Part shown: positions 28,684 through 47,030 of the stretch, in pieces
Layout of the letters: each line of letters opens with the position of its first letter
Numbering within the stretch: the first letter of the stretch is position 1
Origin: Podarcis melisellensis
Lineage: Eukaryota
Reading direction: 5' to 3' (one strand)
DNA length: 64,000 nt
Assembly (NCBI GenBank): GCA_964234715.1
Contig: OZ174287.1
Notes under the pieces: model-generated
Databases searched by the model: none
What the model saw: the letters and a program-made list of their open reading frames with translations, nothing else
Told to the model about the DNA's origin: nothing
Translations under genes and position numbers: made by a program

Positions 28684-29149
28684 TAACAGGGAAACTGTCC
28701 CTCAAAAATAAAAGCCAACTTCCTATTGGGGGTGCATGCACCTTAGTTCACCAAGTCTCTTTACAAGGCTAACAATGGGATCCTATGCATGCCTTACTCA
28801 AAATCCCATCAGACTTACCGTACTCCCAAGTAAGCATGCATAAGATTGTTGTTTGATATATTTGCATGTGCAGATGAGGGATGTAAAATTTGAATGGAGC
28901 GGAAGAGCACTAGTAACTGATACCCTGGATATCCCAGCAAAATACTTTAAATCACTATATTCAACAATTGCTAAACAGCCGGTCCTCTCGTCCTTCTTTA
29001 CTGAAGCATTATCACAACAGGGGGCAAAAAAAGTGGGAAGCCCACAGTTTAACCTCCCATCACAAAAGCAGCAGCTTGTCGCTAGATGGAGAGGCGACTT
29101 CATCTTGGAATTGGGGCTCGTTCCCATAGCCAAGATGACTCTCTCCCCT

Positions 29150-29440
29150 TCCCGGCAGCTTCACGGCCAGCTTGCCCGGCCTCAAGATGGCCGCCCCTCC
29201 CCGGTTTAAAGGGGGAGCGGGGGTGCGTCACTTTCCCATCAACCCTTCTGTAGCTGCAATCAGGGTCGCTTGCAGCGATTTGAGGGAGGGGAGGCTGCTG
29301 GCTGGAGCGCTGGGGCTCTGAATGGGTTAGAGCCGGGGAGCCGGGAGCCAGGATGCCTGGGTCCTCTGGGGAGGAGGGAGCGGGGCTGCAATAGGTCGTG
29401 GCCGGGAGCTGTGGGGTTCCCCGGGAGGAGGCGAGGTGTG
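29150..29440 (+). promoter_or_regulatory. Promoter and non-coding first exon of the CRK-like gene
   Basis: GC/CpG-rich patch 1.6 kb upstream of the ATG, with YY1-type AAGATGGCCGCC at 29184-29195, TATA-like TTTAAA near 29205 and a donor-like GAG|GTGTGC near 29435. Confidence 0.55.
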
Positions 29441-30800
29441 CGAAGGAAGCCATGTGCAGACAAGGGAGAGAGGGCTTCATTGTGGCGCTGCTGCAGAGGG
29501 GCACGCCGAAGAGCGCTTGGAGGGTGCCCAGCTGATCTTTTTTTCCTTTTTGGAGGGGGAGGCTTTTCAAGATTGCTTTTGATCCGTTAAAGGGCTGCAA
29601 TGCAGCATCGGGGTGTTGCTTCCAGGGAATACTGGAGAGTAGTAGAGTGGATGCATGGACATCGGAGGGGAGAGAGGAGTTGCATTATTGCTTGTCCAGA
29701 GCTGGTGGGGTGGTAGGCAGATAGGTTTCGGGAGGCTGCGTGCAATATTTTTGGATGCTGGGAATTTTGGGAGGCAGGCTACTTCTGGGGGTGTGTTTTA
29801 TTATTGTTCTGCTGCACTGGGGCTAGTTGGGGGGTGGGGTGGAGAACGGTGGCCAATTTGTGATCTATCGAGGTGGTTGGGGAATGGTCTCCATTAGGGG
29901 ACGCTGTTTGGGGTGCTGTACCTTTCTCCAGAGGATAACCAGTGAATTGGGGACAGGAGTGGATCTGTGAAAAGTCCCCATTAACCTTTTGGTGGGTTAA
30001 ATCCTATGCTGGGGTAAGAATGCTTTCATATGGGAGTGTTTCAATTCTGTGGAAGTTATTCTATTCACTTGGTGGGTATGTATCTTCATTTGAGAAAGAT
30101 TAGGTTTTGAAAAGGTTGATTTCCTCCAAACCTTGACTTTTTTAAAAAAACAACCAGCAGTATCCTGCTACGTTGATGAGGTGCTGGAGGAATTTTTAGA
30201 GGTTGCAGTCATATCACACTTTTTGGGGGGGAGGGTTGTGTGTACTACTTAATTCACCAAGTGTGACCTCTTAATTTTGTAGGGATGTTCTAATACAAGG
30301 ACGTAAATATACTGTACGTGTTCCCTGCAGATATACCACTGGTTTCGTTGTATTATATGAAGATGGTTATTCAGTAGAACCTGTATTTGAGTAGGTATTT
30401 AACTGTTAATAGGGTAGGTTGGTCAGGGAAGTGCCCCTTCCCCATTATATTAGAACTTGGGAGGGATGTCTAGAAGTGACCTAACTTTTCATGACATCCC
30501 ATTAATTTCCAGGATTTGATTGCAGGTTGTAGAAGTGTGGTTTGCATTTCTGAGTCATTTCTTTCCTTTTTGGAAATCTACTATTGTCCGAGAAGAGGGG
30601 TGTGGATGCTGTCAAGGGATATCAAAGTTAGATTATCTCAGTATAACAGAACTTGGGGTGGAGCAACATAACGAAGAACCATATTCCTTTGGGGGGGGAG
30701 GGTGTTATGTGTATTTGGATTATTTGGAGGTCACACTGAGCTGGAAGGAAACCGGAACAGCTACATGAGGTCACTGTTCAACAGGTTAATTTCCTCTTGA

Positions 30801-32698
<1,898 letters not shown>

Positions 32699-33744
32699 AC
32701 ATTTGATGGCGTAACCCATGGAACGCTGACTTTCCCTGCAGTGGGGCACGACCCTTGAACTCTGACCCACACTTGTGAGCTTCTGACCGTCTCGAACATT
32801 GTACTTCCTTGAATTTTGACCTACCCGGTGGATGTTATTGATCATCCGTTTCATTGATACTCAAGCTCCTTGGATATGGACCTCTTCTACCACTTTGGAC
32901 TCCTTAACCCATGAACCTTGTTCCTTGACTCGCTGTTCTTAAAATGCTGTGGTAGTTGAACCCTAGAAACTTTTGACTCTTTATGGGGACCCGTTCATAT
33001 TTCCTCTCTAGAAACATTGATCCATTTTGGCCTTGTGATTTTTTTCAACTCTGATTATGTGCCCTTGAATCTTGGACCTCCCCATCCTGTGCCCTGTGAA
33101 CCCAGAAACTCTTGAGCTTTGATTATTGATCCCCTTATTCTTGTGATTCCCCCCCCCCATTTGATCCTGTCCACTTGGGGTGGGGAAACAGGGCACGGGG
33201 GGGGGGGGGAGTGCTTGGCTTTGGCCAGATGGCTGACAGGAAATCCTCCCCACTCCTTATAGAGCCCCTGCTTCACTTGTTGTCTGTTCCAAACTGCCTT
33301 GTTAATTAAAGTTTCCTGCTGATTATCCCTCGCTGGAAATTTACTCCTTCTGGGGTGGGGCTAGAGGGTTAATATGGGGAAAGAGTAGCACAGTTGTTAT
33401 GGTAACGAGCATCACAACCCAGGCCTCAAATGTTGCCATGGTGAAGTGGAGCACAGCCTATTGCTGTAGGCAGGAGGAGGCAGCAGCAACAACAGGCCAC
33501 AAATGCTGCGTAGAGCATCTTGGTTGCGTGAGGATCACTATTAAGTCTCTCTCCATGCCTGCCAATGGTTCCTGCTTAATAGGTACAGTATCCGCCCCCC
33601 CCCCCTGCTTGTACCTCTTCTTGATACAGTCCCAGCTTCTCCCTTCTCTTAACAACATCATTGGCATATTCAGAATTTCAAAATTCAGTATGTTATAGAA
33701 TTTAGAGCAGGCTTCCCTAACCTGGTGTCTTCCAGACGCCTTAA

Positions 33745-34139
33745 AACACCAAATAATAATAATTATTATTATTTATTATTTATACCCTGCCCATCTGGCT
33801 GGGCTTCCAAAATAATATTAAAATACTGTGATACATCAAACATTAAAAGCTTCCCTAAACAGGGCTGCCTTCAGATATCTTCAAAAAGTCTGGTAGTTGT
33901 TCTCTTTGACATCTGGTGGGAGGGCGTTCCACAGGGAGGGCGCCACTACCAAGAAGGCCCTCTGCCTGGTTCCCTGTAACTTGGCTTCTCGCAGTGAGGG
34001 AACCGCCAGAAGGCCCTCGGGACTGGACCTCAGTGTCCGGGCTGAAGGATGGGGGTGGAGACGCTCCTTCAGGTATACTGGACCGAGGCCGTTTAGGGCT
34101 TTAAAGGTCAGCACCAACACTTTGAATTGTGCTCGGAAA
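33745..34139 (-). mobile_element. L2-clade LINE 3' fragment
   Basis: Peptide [21 protein letters not shown]...RTLRSS...RAFLVVAPSLWNALP with an (AAT)n tail. Confidence 0.85.
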
Positions 34140-34194
34140 TAGTGTCTGATCTTGGAAGCTAAGCAGTGTCTGTCCTAGGGAGTACTTGGAGAGA

Positions 34195-34328
34195 GCCAGT
34201 GTGGTAAAGTGGTTACAGTGTCAGGCTAGGATTTAGGAGGCCAGGGTTCAAATGCCCATTTGGCTCAGGAAACTCGCTGGGTGAGCTTGGCCCAGTCACT
34301 GCCTCTCTGCCTAACCTACCTCACAAGA
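34195..34328 (+). mobile_element. MIR/Squam3-like tRNA-derived SINE (related fragments near 455-640 -, 19936-20110 +, 23790-23900 -)
   Basis: A/B-box head GTGGTAAAGTGGTTA...GGGTTCAAATGCC and core GCCTAACCTACCTCACA shared among copies. Confidence 0.6.
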
Positions 34329-35619
34329 TAAGAACTCCCATCAGTCCCAGGCAGCTTGATGGAGCTGTAGTCCAAACCATCTAGGTGGCACCAACACAGG
34401 GAAAGACTGGTTTAGAAGCACGATTTGTGTGGCACACCATACACAAATTACATCTGTACATACACAACCCCTTGATATAAGGTAAAAAGTCATCTTGCTG
34501 ATTTTTAGTCGTGCTTTTGTCATTACTTCCCCCAAAATCCCTCTGTGATCCACGGACATCTTAACCCATGTTTATCTCTAGATAGAAATTATTCTCTCTA
34601 GGTGGCAGGGAAATGTTAGAATCATAATACCATCATCACTGTTGGTCCTTTAGTTCAAGAGCAGGATCTTGCTCTGGACGCGGTCTGCAAATGCAGGATA
34701 CCACCTCGGCATCCCTGACATTTGGATGTCCAGCCTCAGCTTCCAAAACTCCCCAGTCCATTCCACTATCAAACAGCTCCTACCATTAAGAAAACTTCCC
34801 CTGATATTTCAGCTGCAATCTGCTACTTGTACCCATTGGTTTGAGCCCTGCCCTAGGCACCTATTGTGTCTCCCTGGGTCTGGCCTGGGTGTTCTCTCTG
34901 CTAAACAGGCCAGGGCAATGTCAACTCTTCCTTGCAGAACTTGGCTGAAGTTCCAAAAGCCCTGTAGCGGCCAAATTCACCCGCCCATGAGGAAGCATCT
35001 AGTTGTGTTGACACTTGCTCTGCACTGCTTATATAATGTAAAATGAGACAGCCTTCCCCCGCCCCCTTCATCATCTGATGAATTTTGGAAGATGTAACTT
35101 CTGGCCACTTCATAGCAGAGAGACATCTGCTAGAAAAACAGAGGGGCTCTTGGTCTGCCAGCCAGCTGCTTTACAGCTGGTGTAGCCCCTGCCTCCTCTT
35201 CCAGTAATAATTTGAGGTGGGGTTTGTGTCATAATTCCCAGTTCTAATTGGTTGTGTAGCTCTAACTGTAGACTTGAAGAGCCTGACATGCCCCTTAAAT
35301 AATCTTAAGGCCTGTTTCCTCCCCAGGCCCTAAATATCAGGAATCCACTTCCTTTAGCTGAGTTGGTCCACCACACCCATTGCTTTTAAAAAGATTTCAT
35401 AATCCTAGAATCATACTGTGGAAAGGGACCCTAGAGGTCAACGATAGCACCCTACATAACTCAATGCAGGGTGTGTTAATGCAGGATGCACCCCTGACTG
35501 ATGTCTGCCAGCCCCGCTCTTAAAATATTTCCAGTAAACGGGAGTCTGCCATCTCCTCAGGTCCTGCTCTGAAATGGATCGTGCCATCTTTCTGTAATCT
35601 AAACAGCAAGTTGCATATA

Positions 35620-35845
35620 CAGTGGTACCTCGGTTTAAGTACTTAATTCGTTCTGGAGGTACGTACTTAACCTGAAACTATTCTTAAGCTGAAGCACCAC
35701 TTTAGCTAATGGGGCCTCCTGCTGCTGCCGTGCTGCCAGAGCCCGATTTCTGTTCTTATCCTGAAGCAAAGTTCTTAACCTGAAGCACTATTTCTGGCTT
35801 AGCGGAGTCTGTAACCTGAAGCGTACGTAACCCGAGGTACCACTG
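35620..35845 (-). mobile_element. Tc1/mariner-type MITE, same family, reverse orientation
   Basis: TA|CAGTGGTACCTCGG...CCGAGGTACCACTG|TA; interior is the reverse complement of the 21199 copy. Confidence 0.88.
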
Positions 35846-36329
35846 TACCTCTCGTTTTTTCAAAAAAGAAAAACAAACCCCTTTTGGTATTGAGTTGTTG
35901 TTCCTGCAGGGGGGCAGCAGATGGCGCTGGGAGACTTAAGGTCCTGGGGTAGGGGCAGAAATGGGAAACCCAGCAGAAGCTTTAAAATGCAAGCCAGTAG
36001 CAAGAGAAAATTGGGGGGGGGGGGAATCACCCAAGATGGAGGGTGGAAGTTGCCTCCTTTAGCCTTCTCCTTGGGAAAGGGAGGAGGGGGCTGGATACAG
36101 CTCACAGATTGAGGCAGATGGCCAAAATATATTCTGAATCCTAGGGGTTGCTTGCAGTCTGCACCACCTGCAGGGAAGTGGGTCAAAACCGGGCTTTCTG
36201 GCAGCGAGAAGGATAGCATGCATGTGTGGGGATGGTTCCTTGGTTGGGACTGAGCCACACTGGGGGAGGGGGTATCGCACAGGTCTCTCAGCCCCGGGCC
36301 CCGTGACACCCTTGCTGTTCCTTGCTCTG

Positions 36330-36548
36330 CAGGGAATGTCAGAGGCCTCGTGTTTCACATTCCCAGACCCCAAGGCCTATATTTAGGCTGCCCTGCAAAA
36401 GGCCAGGGGTCGGGGAGAAGGTTAGCGCGGCCCCTCCCTCTCGCTCCGGCTCCCTTCTTATACAGCCCGGCCCCCGGTTTTGCCTCTGCCAGTCACCCAG
36501 CACCCAACGGAGCCGTCGTGTCTTGCCAGAACCCCCGCTACACCCACG
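36330..36548 (+). promoter_or_regulatory. ALDOA: Candidate muscle-specific ALDOA promoter and non-coding exon
   Basis: MEF2 consensus CTATATTTAG at 36377-36386, MCAT/TEAD sites GGAATG 36333-36338 and CATTCC 36358-36363, TATA-like TTATACA 36458-36464, and donor ACG|GTATCT at 36548. Mammalian ALDOA has a MEF2-dependent muscle promoter upstream of its housekeeping promoter. Confidence 0.6.
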
Positions 36549-36761
36549 GTATCTGGGAGATGGGAGGGAAAGGAGGGGGCTATGGAGGGGTGGGCGGGAG
36601 TCGGGAGAAGGGGCTGTCGAGAAGAGGCAAATCTGGATGGTCGCGCTGCTAGGAAAGAGCCTAAGATGCTGCCTGCATGAGATTGTGGGAGGATTTCAAG
36701 GGAGAAAGGATGTGGGGCTCAGTAGGGGTGCAGTGAGCGGCCTTAGCGGGAAACGAAATCT

Positions 36762-36900
36762 ATAGCTCAGCTAGTTGCAGTGTGGTGCTGATAACGCCAA
36801 GGTTGCCTGTTCGATCCCCAAATGGGACATGTGCATATTCCTGCATTGCAGAGGGTTGGACTAGATGATCCTCGGGGTCCCTTCCAACTATGCAATGCTA
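36762..36900 (+). mobile_element. SINE with a tRNA-Ile-like head and the same CR1-like body and tail
   Basis: TAGCTCAG...GTGGTGCTGATAACGCCAAGGTTGC..GTTCGATCCCC followed by ATTCCTGCATTGCAGAGGGTTGGACTAGATGATCCTCGGGGTCCCTTCCAAC. Confidence 0.75.
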
Positions 36901-38010
36901 TTATTCCATCTCTGTGAATGACAAGGCATGCGATTGGTGGATGCTGTCTCAAGGGCATATCCTTTTGTTTAAAACAGACAAAACCCTCTGCCTGTTCTGA
37001 GTTTACGAACAGTATATTTCTCCTTTAAAAGGAAAAAAAAAGCAACAACACTGAGCCTGTCTGTGTCTGATTCCCCCGTTTATCATTTATTTATTACGTA
37101 ATTGATGGGGCCTCCCTAAACCTTGAATCTTGTTTTCATACATCCAGTAGTTACTCCATGTAAGACCAAAGGGACTCCAGCTATATTATCTAACACGGCT
37201 GTTTCCTTTGAATGCTGCAATGACTTGCAAAAGTCTTGCACAGTTGCTGATTGTTTGAGGAAGTAACGCTCACATAATCCCATGGTATCTGGGACACAGG
37301 AACAGAAAGTATGTGTGTGTGTGTCTGTCTCAATCCTTCTGTCCCTGGTGCTTGCCCAATCCACCGCTCCAGGGTTTGGGTGTGTGTGTGTGTTGCACCT
37401 TCCGGTATTTGTCTTGTAAGCAAGCCTGTGGCCTCACTTTGCCTGGACCTCCATTGCTCCTTGGCTCATTCTTTGCTGCTCCTTAACCTGCTTCCATCTC
37501 TTGTCTTATCTAAGGCAGCTTTCTTCCAAATGATGCTTTCAACCAGGTCGTGCAATCCCTGCATCTGCAACTCAGATGTAAAGCCTACATTGAATGGAAT
37601 GTAGACTTTGATTTTAAAAGCCCCGCCTGCTGCTTTCTATCCCGCATGAAAAGGATACCCTTGTCCACACTGCAGCTATTCTGAACATTACTTGTGAAAA
37701 CCCTCTTCCAGAGAAGGTGGTCTGGACAGGGTGTGTATGGTAGATCATTGTGGGCACTAAATGGGTTGCAGTTTGCCGACTTGCAGGTTGCCGACTAGTG
37801 ATCTGGCATTTTTTTAAAAAGGGCTGCAGTCATTTCTTGGAAGGATCTGCCTTGCGTTTGCTTATTTGTTGTGAAGTGCCTGGGGACACGCAGTCAAGCT
37901 CCTTCCTTTGTTGCTCTCCTCCCCCCCCCCCACTGCCACTTCTTTGGGGAGCAAGAGCTTCCAGAGGTGGGTAGCTGGGTTAATGTGTTGCAGGAAAAAA
38001 ATCAATTAAT

Positions 38011-38132
38011 AGTCTTATGGCACTTTGAAGACTTAACAGATTTATTGTAACATAAGCTTTTGTGGACAAGAGTCCACACCATCCTTCAGAGGAAATGGAT
38101 TTAAGTCCACGAAAGCTGCCACAACAAATCTG
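38011..38132. mobile_element. Penelope-like element remnant with inverted terminal segments
   Basis: CAGATTTATTGTAACATAAGCTTTTGTGGAC and GTCCACGAAAGCTGCCACAACAAATCTG are imperfect inverted repeats; a related remnant lies near 27540-27640. Confidence 0.55.
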
Positions 38133-39173
38133 CAGCGAGGCTCTTTGATATTTGAGATGGGGAAGGCAGAGCTATAATGCCCTTAACAGTTACCGGTGGA
38201 GAAGAAATTTTAGTAGGCTAAACTTTCCTTAGCATGAAGACGAAGAGGGGGAAAGCTTCACCCCCTACACTTCTGCACTGGAAGCCCGGTGGCAGTGTTA
38301 TTATTCAAAAGGCTTCTGTACTGAGTCCCCTCAAAGCGGCTTGCCATCCATACCGTTCATTAAAACAACCAACAATGAACATCTATTGCCATTCAGCAAT
38401 CGTTGCAAAGAGACAGGGACCCTCCGCCACCTTCTTCCTGGAGCCTAGACACCTCCTCCTATACCCCCCTTGTTAACATTTCGGGGCTTGGTCATTTTGG
38501 CGTTGTGCATGAGCAGCTGTTCGACTGCATTGTCGTTTAAAGGCTGGCTGATCTAAGACTCTGCAGAAACTTTATAGGGGGCGAGTGGCTGTGATAGTTG
38601 TGGTGAGAAGGGGTTGGTCTTACTGGCCCTGCAGAGGTGGAGCAAACAGTATTAACTGCTGCGGGTAGGCCTGGCCTCCTCCCCCCCCCCCGCCGCCACC
38701 TCCTCTCTCTGTTGTACCCTTTAAGGCAGTGCATGAGGTGGAGAAATCCGGGAAACGCTTCACCTGTTGAATGGGTGCCTGACCTGCTATTTAATTTAAA
38801 AGGCCGGGCAGCTTCCGGTGTAAATCACTTTGTTGATTAACTGCTCGGTATGACTGTGCGTTTTGGAAACGTAAAAAAAGAGTTAATGGAGATATATATT
38901 TTTTAAAAAGAGACAGGGGCGTTCTCCTCAGGGAGGGGGAAGAGGTCAGGAGGCAACCTTACTGGAAAAGCGTTGGGATCGGGTGGGGAGAAAGAAATCG
39001 GCGCATGAGGAAGAGGGATCTGAACGGATGGTGACCTTTCTGCCGTTCAAGCCGCGCGTACGTTCAGTCCTGGCAGGGAAGCTCCCAATCAGCCAACCCT
39101 GTTTATAGTCGCCAGTCAGGTCCGAATGGGGGGGAGGGGGAGGGGCGCCTCTCTCGTACCCCCTGCCGCCTGC

Positions 39174-39192
39174 TACGTGCTTTCCTGCACAG
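39174..39192 (+). promoter_or_regulatory. Hypoxia response element with ancillary sequence, upstream of ALDOA
   Basis: TACGTG-N8-CACAG, the EPO-type HIF site plus ancillary motif, in a CpG-rich patch. Confidence 0.55.
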
Positions 39193-41169
39193 AGACCAGT
39201 GACTCAGCTATTACCGTAATCACCCCAAGAGAAGCCCAGTTTGGATTCTGACCAGGGCTAAGAAGAAGGTTCTGGACTTCGGATTGGGGAGCCAGGGCAA
39301 AGGGGCGGCGGAGGGGGGGGGTGTTGCAGCATTCCCATGTTACACTGACCCCACAGGTGCCTGGCCTTTTCTTTCCTCTCATCAATCAAACAGCAGCTGC
39401 CTCTCACTTCCCAGCCGCTGGGGTGTTATATAACCCACGGTGCTCCCCTGGCAGTTCCTTGCTCAGTGCAAAAAAACCGACAACAGGCCAGTTTTCCACC
39501 CCAGCCCACATCTTAGATGTGCATAAACGCCCAGCTTTTTCTCTGGGTTATTGAATCTCTCCTGGTTCATTACAAGTGCAATAATTGCACGGGGAAATTC
39601 TCCCTGCAACTGATACAAACAAGCCGAAATGCACTGTTTCCCTTAAAACATGGATCAGTGGCACTTTAAATTGCAATTAGCATATTTTATTAAATTTATT
39701 CCTCCCCTTTTTACAAGAAAAGAGGTCTCAAAGCAACTGATAGCAAGTTTAAAATGCAAAGATGACATAAAATAGCCCAAAGTTACATGGTACTAAAAGT
39801 TTACATCCACCAGCAATCAGTTACAGAAAAATAACATCTGCCCATCCCAAAATGTGGACACCATGAACAGGCCAAAAATCAAGCCACAGCAAGATCCAAA
39901 TGCTTGGGAAAACTGGAATGTATCTGCCTGGTGCCTAAAATCTTACGAGACAGATGCCAAGGGAACCTCCTTATCTGGCTCTCTAAATTGCAAGTGTGTT
40001 GGCGCCAGAGAATGTCAGATGGGACGAATGTTTGGCTCCTAACACCAGAAAGGTTGAGACTCATCCCAGTGTAGTCTTGAGCAAAAGGCATTCTGCGCTT
40101 GCTCTGATGCACCCCTATTTATGAGTTTACAGGACTAAGAAGAGTGAAACCAGGTTCTGGGAAGGTGCCCTGAATTGGGTTAAGTTCTGTGCAGAATTCA
40201 AAGTGGTTCAGATAATTTTGGGTTTATATGTTTTGCTTTTTTAAAAAAACTATTGGACAGCTGGACTGTTTCGGTGGGCAGGTTTTGAGTCATTATTACA
40301 ATTCTTCCTCCCCACCCCTAATCTCAGTTAGCCACCCATGACATCCTTACCCCTATGCACAGCTTGTAGGCCAATAAAGCACTGACAGGATCACAACTCC
40401 AGAACCCAGATGCTTGGTCTTATCAAAGAAATCATTGTTGCCCCTATTCTGATAAAGCCACCAGTTTTGACCCTGGAGCTTTTATGGGGAGTTCAGAATC
40501 TTCGCCATCAGCTGTTGTTGCTTCTGATCTTTTAGTACTGTAATCCCTTATCCTGGATTTAAAGGCAACGTTTTGCAGTTGCCTGTGGCTACGGCCAGCA
40601 AATATTTGTCCTTTCAAACGTATCCTACTCCCTTGCAAATGTGCTTAGGTTTGCAGCCTTTCCCCGTTATAGAAGCTGCCCTTTCGCTTGTGAAAATTCC
40701 TTTCTGCGGGGCCACCGGTTCCATCTTATCGCTCCCACTCCGATTCTCTCTCTTGCACAATCAGTCCCATGCGCAGGCCTCTCTCTCTTTTCCGCAGCTC
40801 AAGCCCAACACTCATGGGGGCGAGGGGATCCAGAAATAGCAGCATGTCCTTCAGAAAAGGACAGAGGAGCTGGAGGAGCGGGGATCGGGTGTCCCCTTGA
40901 AAGGTCATCGCTGAAACTAGAGTCTGGCAGAGGATGCAAAGGGGGGAAAGACCTATGGAGCCCGATTTGGCTTCCCTTTCCATCTCCCAGGAAGATGGGG
41001 CAACGCCCTTGGTCCTCAACAACATTTTATCCCTCCGTGCTCTTTAAACGAGCAGGTTAAAAAGTGCATGTGCCCTTTTAGGGTATGCAGTGAATGCGCC
41101 TAGTTTATGGAGGTTTCTAATCTAATCGCAAATATGAAAACGTGATTTTGCTCCTAAGCACATGCTGGG

Positions 41170-41800
41170 GTTCTGCAGCACGGTCGGCCACGGGAATGAA
41201 ACCTCTTATTTCCACGCGTAGGACTCAGTCGAGTGGAGCAGAGTTCGTCCACGCTTATCTCCGTTTCCTTATATTTAAATAAATACCTTCGCCGCTATTA
41301 GGGGGTGGGAGAGCTTGGGCCCTTTAAGTCTCCTCCCTCCCCCCTCCTCAATGAGTCAATTTCACACCCTTTTCCGCCTTGCCCTGTTACATGACGTTCG
41401 ATCCTGGAACGCGGAGCTTCTTTTGAGCATTCGATTCGAACGCTTCACTTTGCTCGCGCCCATCCCGGCTCCTGTTTGCTGCTGCTAAGGAAGAAGGCAG
41501 GTTTGACTCCCCCCCCCCCAATTTTCTTACGCACGCATTCCTCCAAGGAGAACCCTTCCTCTTTACAGATTAGGATTTCGGGGGGTGGGGGGGAGTAAAG
41601 AAAAAAAATAAGGAATGGTCGCAGGAGCACTTGCGGATATTCTCTCCCTGCCGCCGCCGCCGCCGCGGTTTATATAATATGGGGATCGGACTTGGAGATA
41701 GATAAGATGGAGACGGTAAAACGTGGGGTGGAGTGGGGGAAGGGAGGAGGAAGTCCCGGTGGGGGAAGAAACGCAGCATTTGAAATCACGTGGTGAAGCT
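41170..41800 (+). promoter_or_regulatory. ALDOA: Candidate housekeeping ALDOA promoter and non-coding exon(s)
   Basis: CpG-rich, with AP-1 TGAGTCA at 41352-41358, donor CAG|GTTTGA near 41500, ACGTG at 41721-41725 and CACGTG at 41787-41792. Confidence 0.55.
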
Positions 41801-42369
41801 TAATGTACAACTTTGCAGAGGGGAAAAGAAAACAGGACCCCCCCAAAACCCCCTAAAGTAAGCGTAAATATTCCTAACTCCTTCGCTTACACTTTCCAGT
41901 TTTTCCCCCCTGCAATGGAACTCGCATTGCAAAGGTGCTGCAGCTGATTGCGGTAGCTAATATCAGGGGGAAAGCTCAGAGCATGGCGAGGAGTTGGAAA
42001 AACTGGGGGGGAGAACTGGGGTTCTCTTGAGGAACAGGGTAAAGGGCTATTTCCTCTGTCCTTGAAACGTCCTTGGTATCCAAGAGCCATCACCTGCTGG
42101 AGCCTTTCCTTCTTCTTTCAAATATGGTTTTAATCTGGGCATCCCCTTTGACCTTAGTGGGAATCCTCCGGTTTCCATAGCAACAGGGAGGAGCAGAATT
42201 CTCTCCCGCCCTCCTTGCCAGTCTCTGTACAGACACGAAGGTCCTTGTTGTGGGTGTCTCCTTCAGATACAGGACTGAGCAGGCAGAAAAGAGGAAGGCA
42301 AGTCTACAGGGCGTCCAGAGACTGCGTTGCCAGGCTTGTATTAACACTTCTTTGCCTTCTCCAGTTTAG

Positions 42370-47030
<4,661 letters not shown>

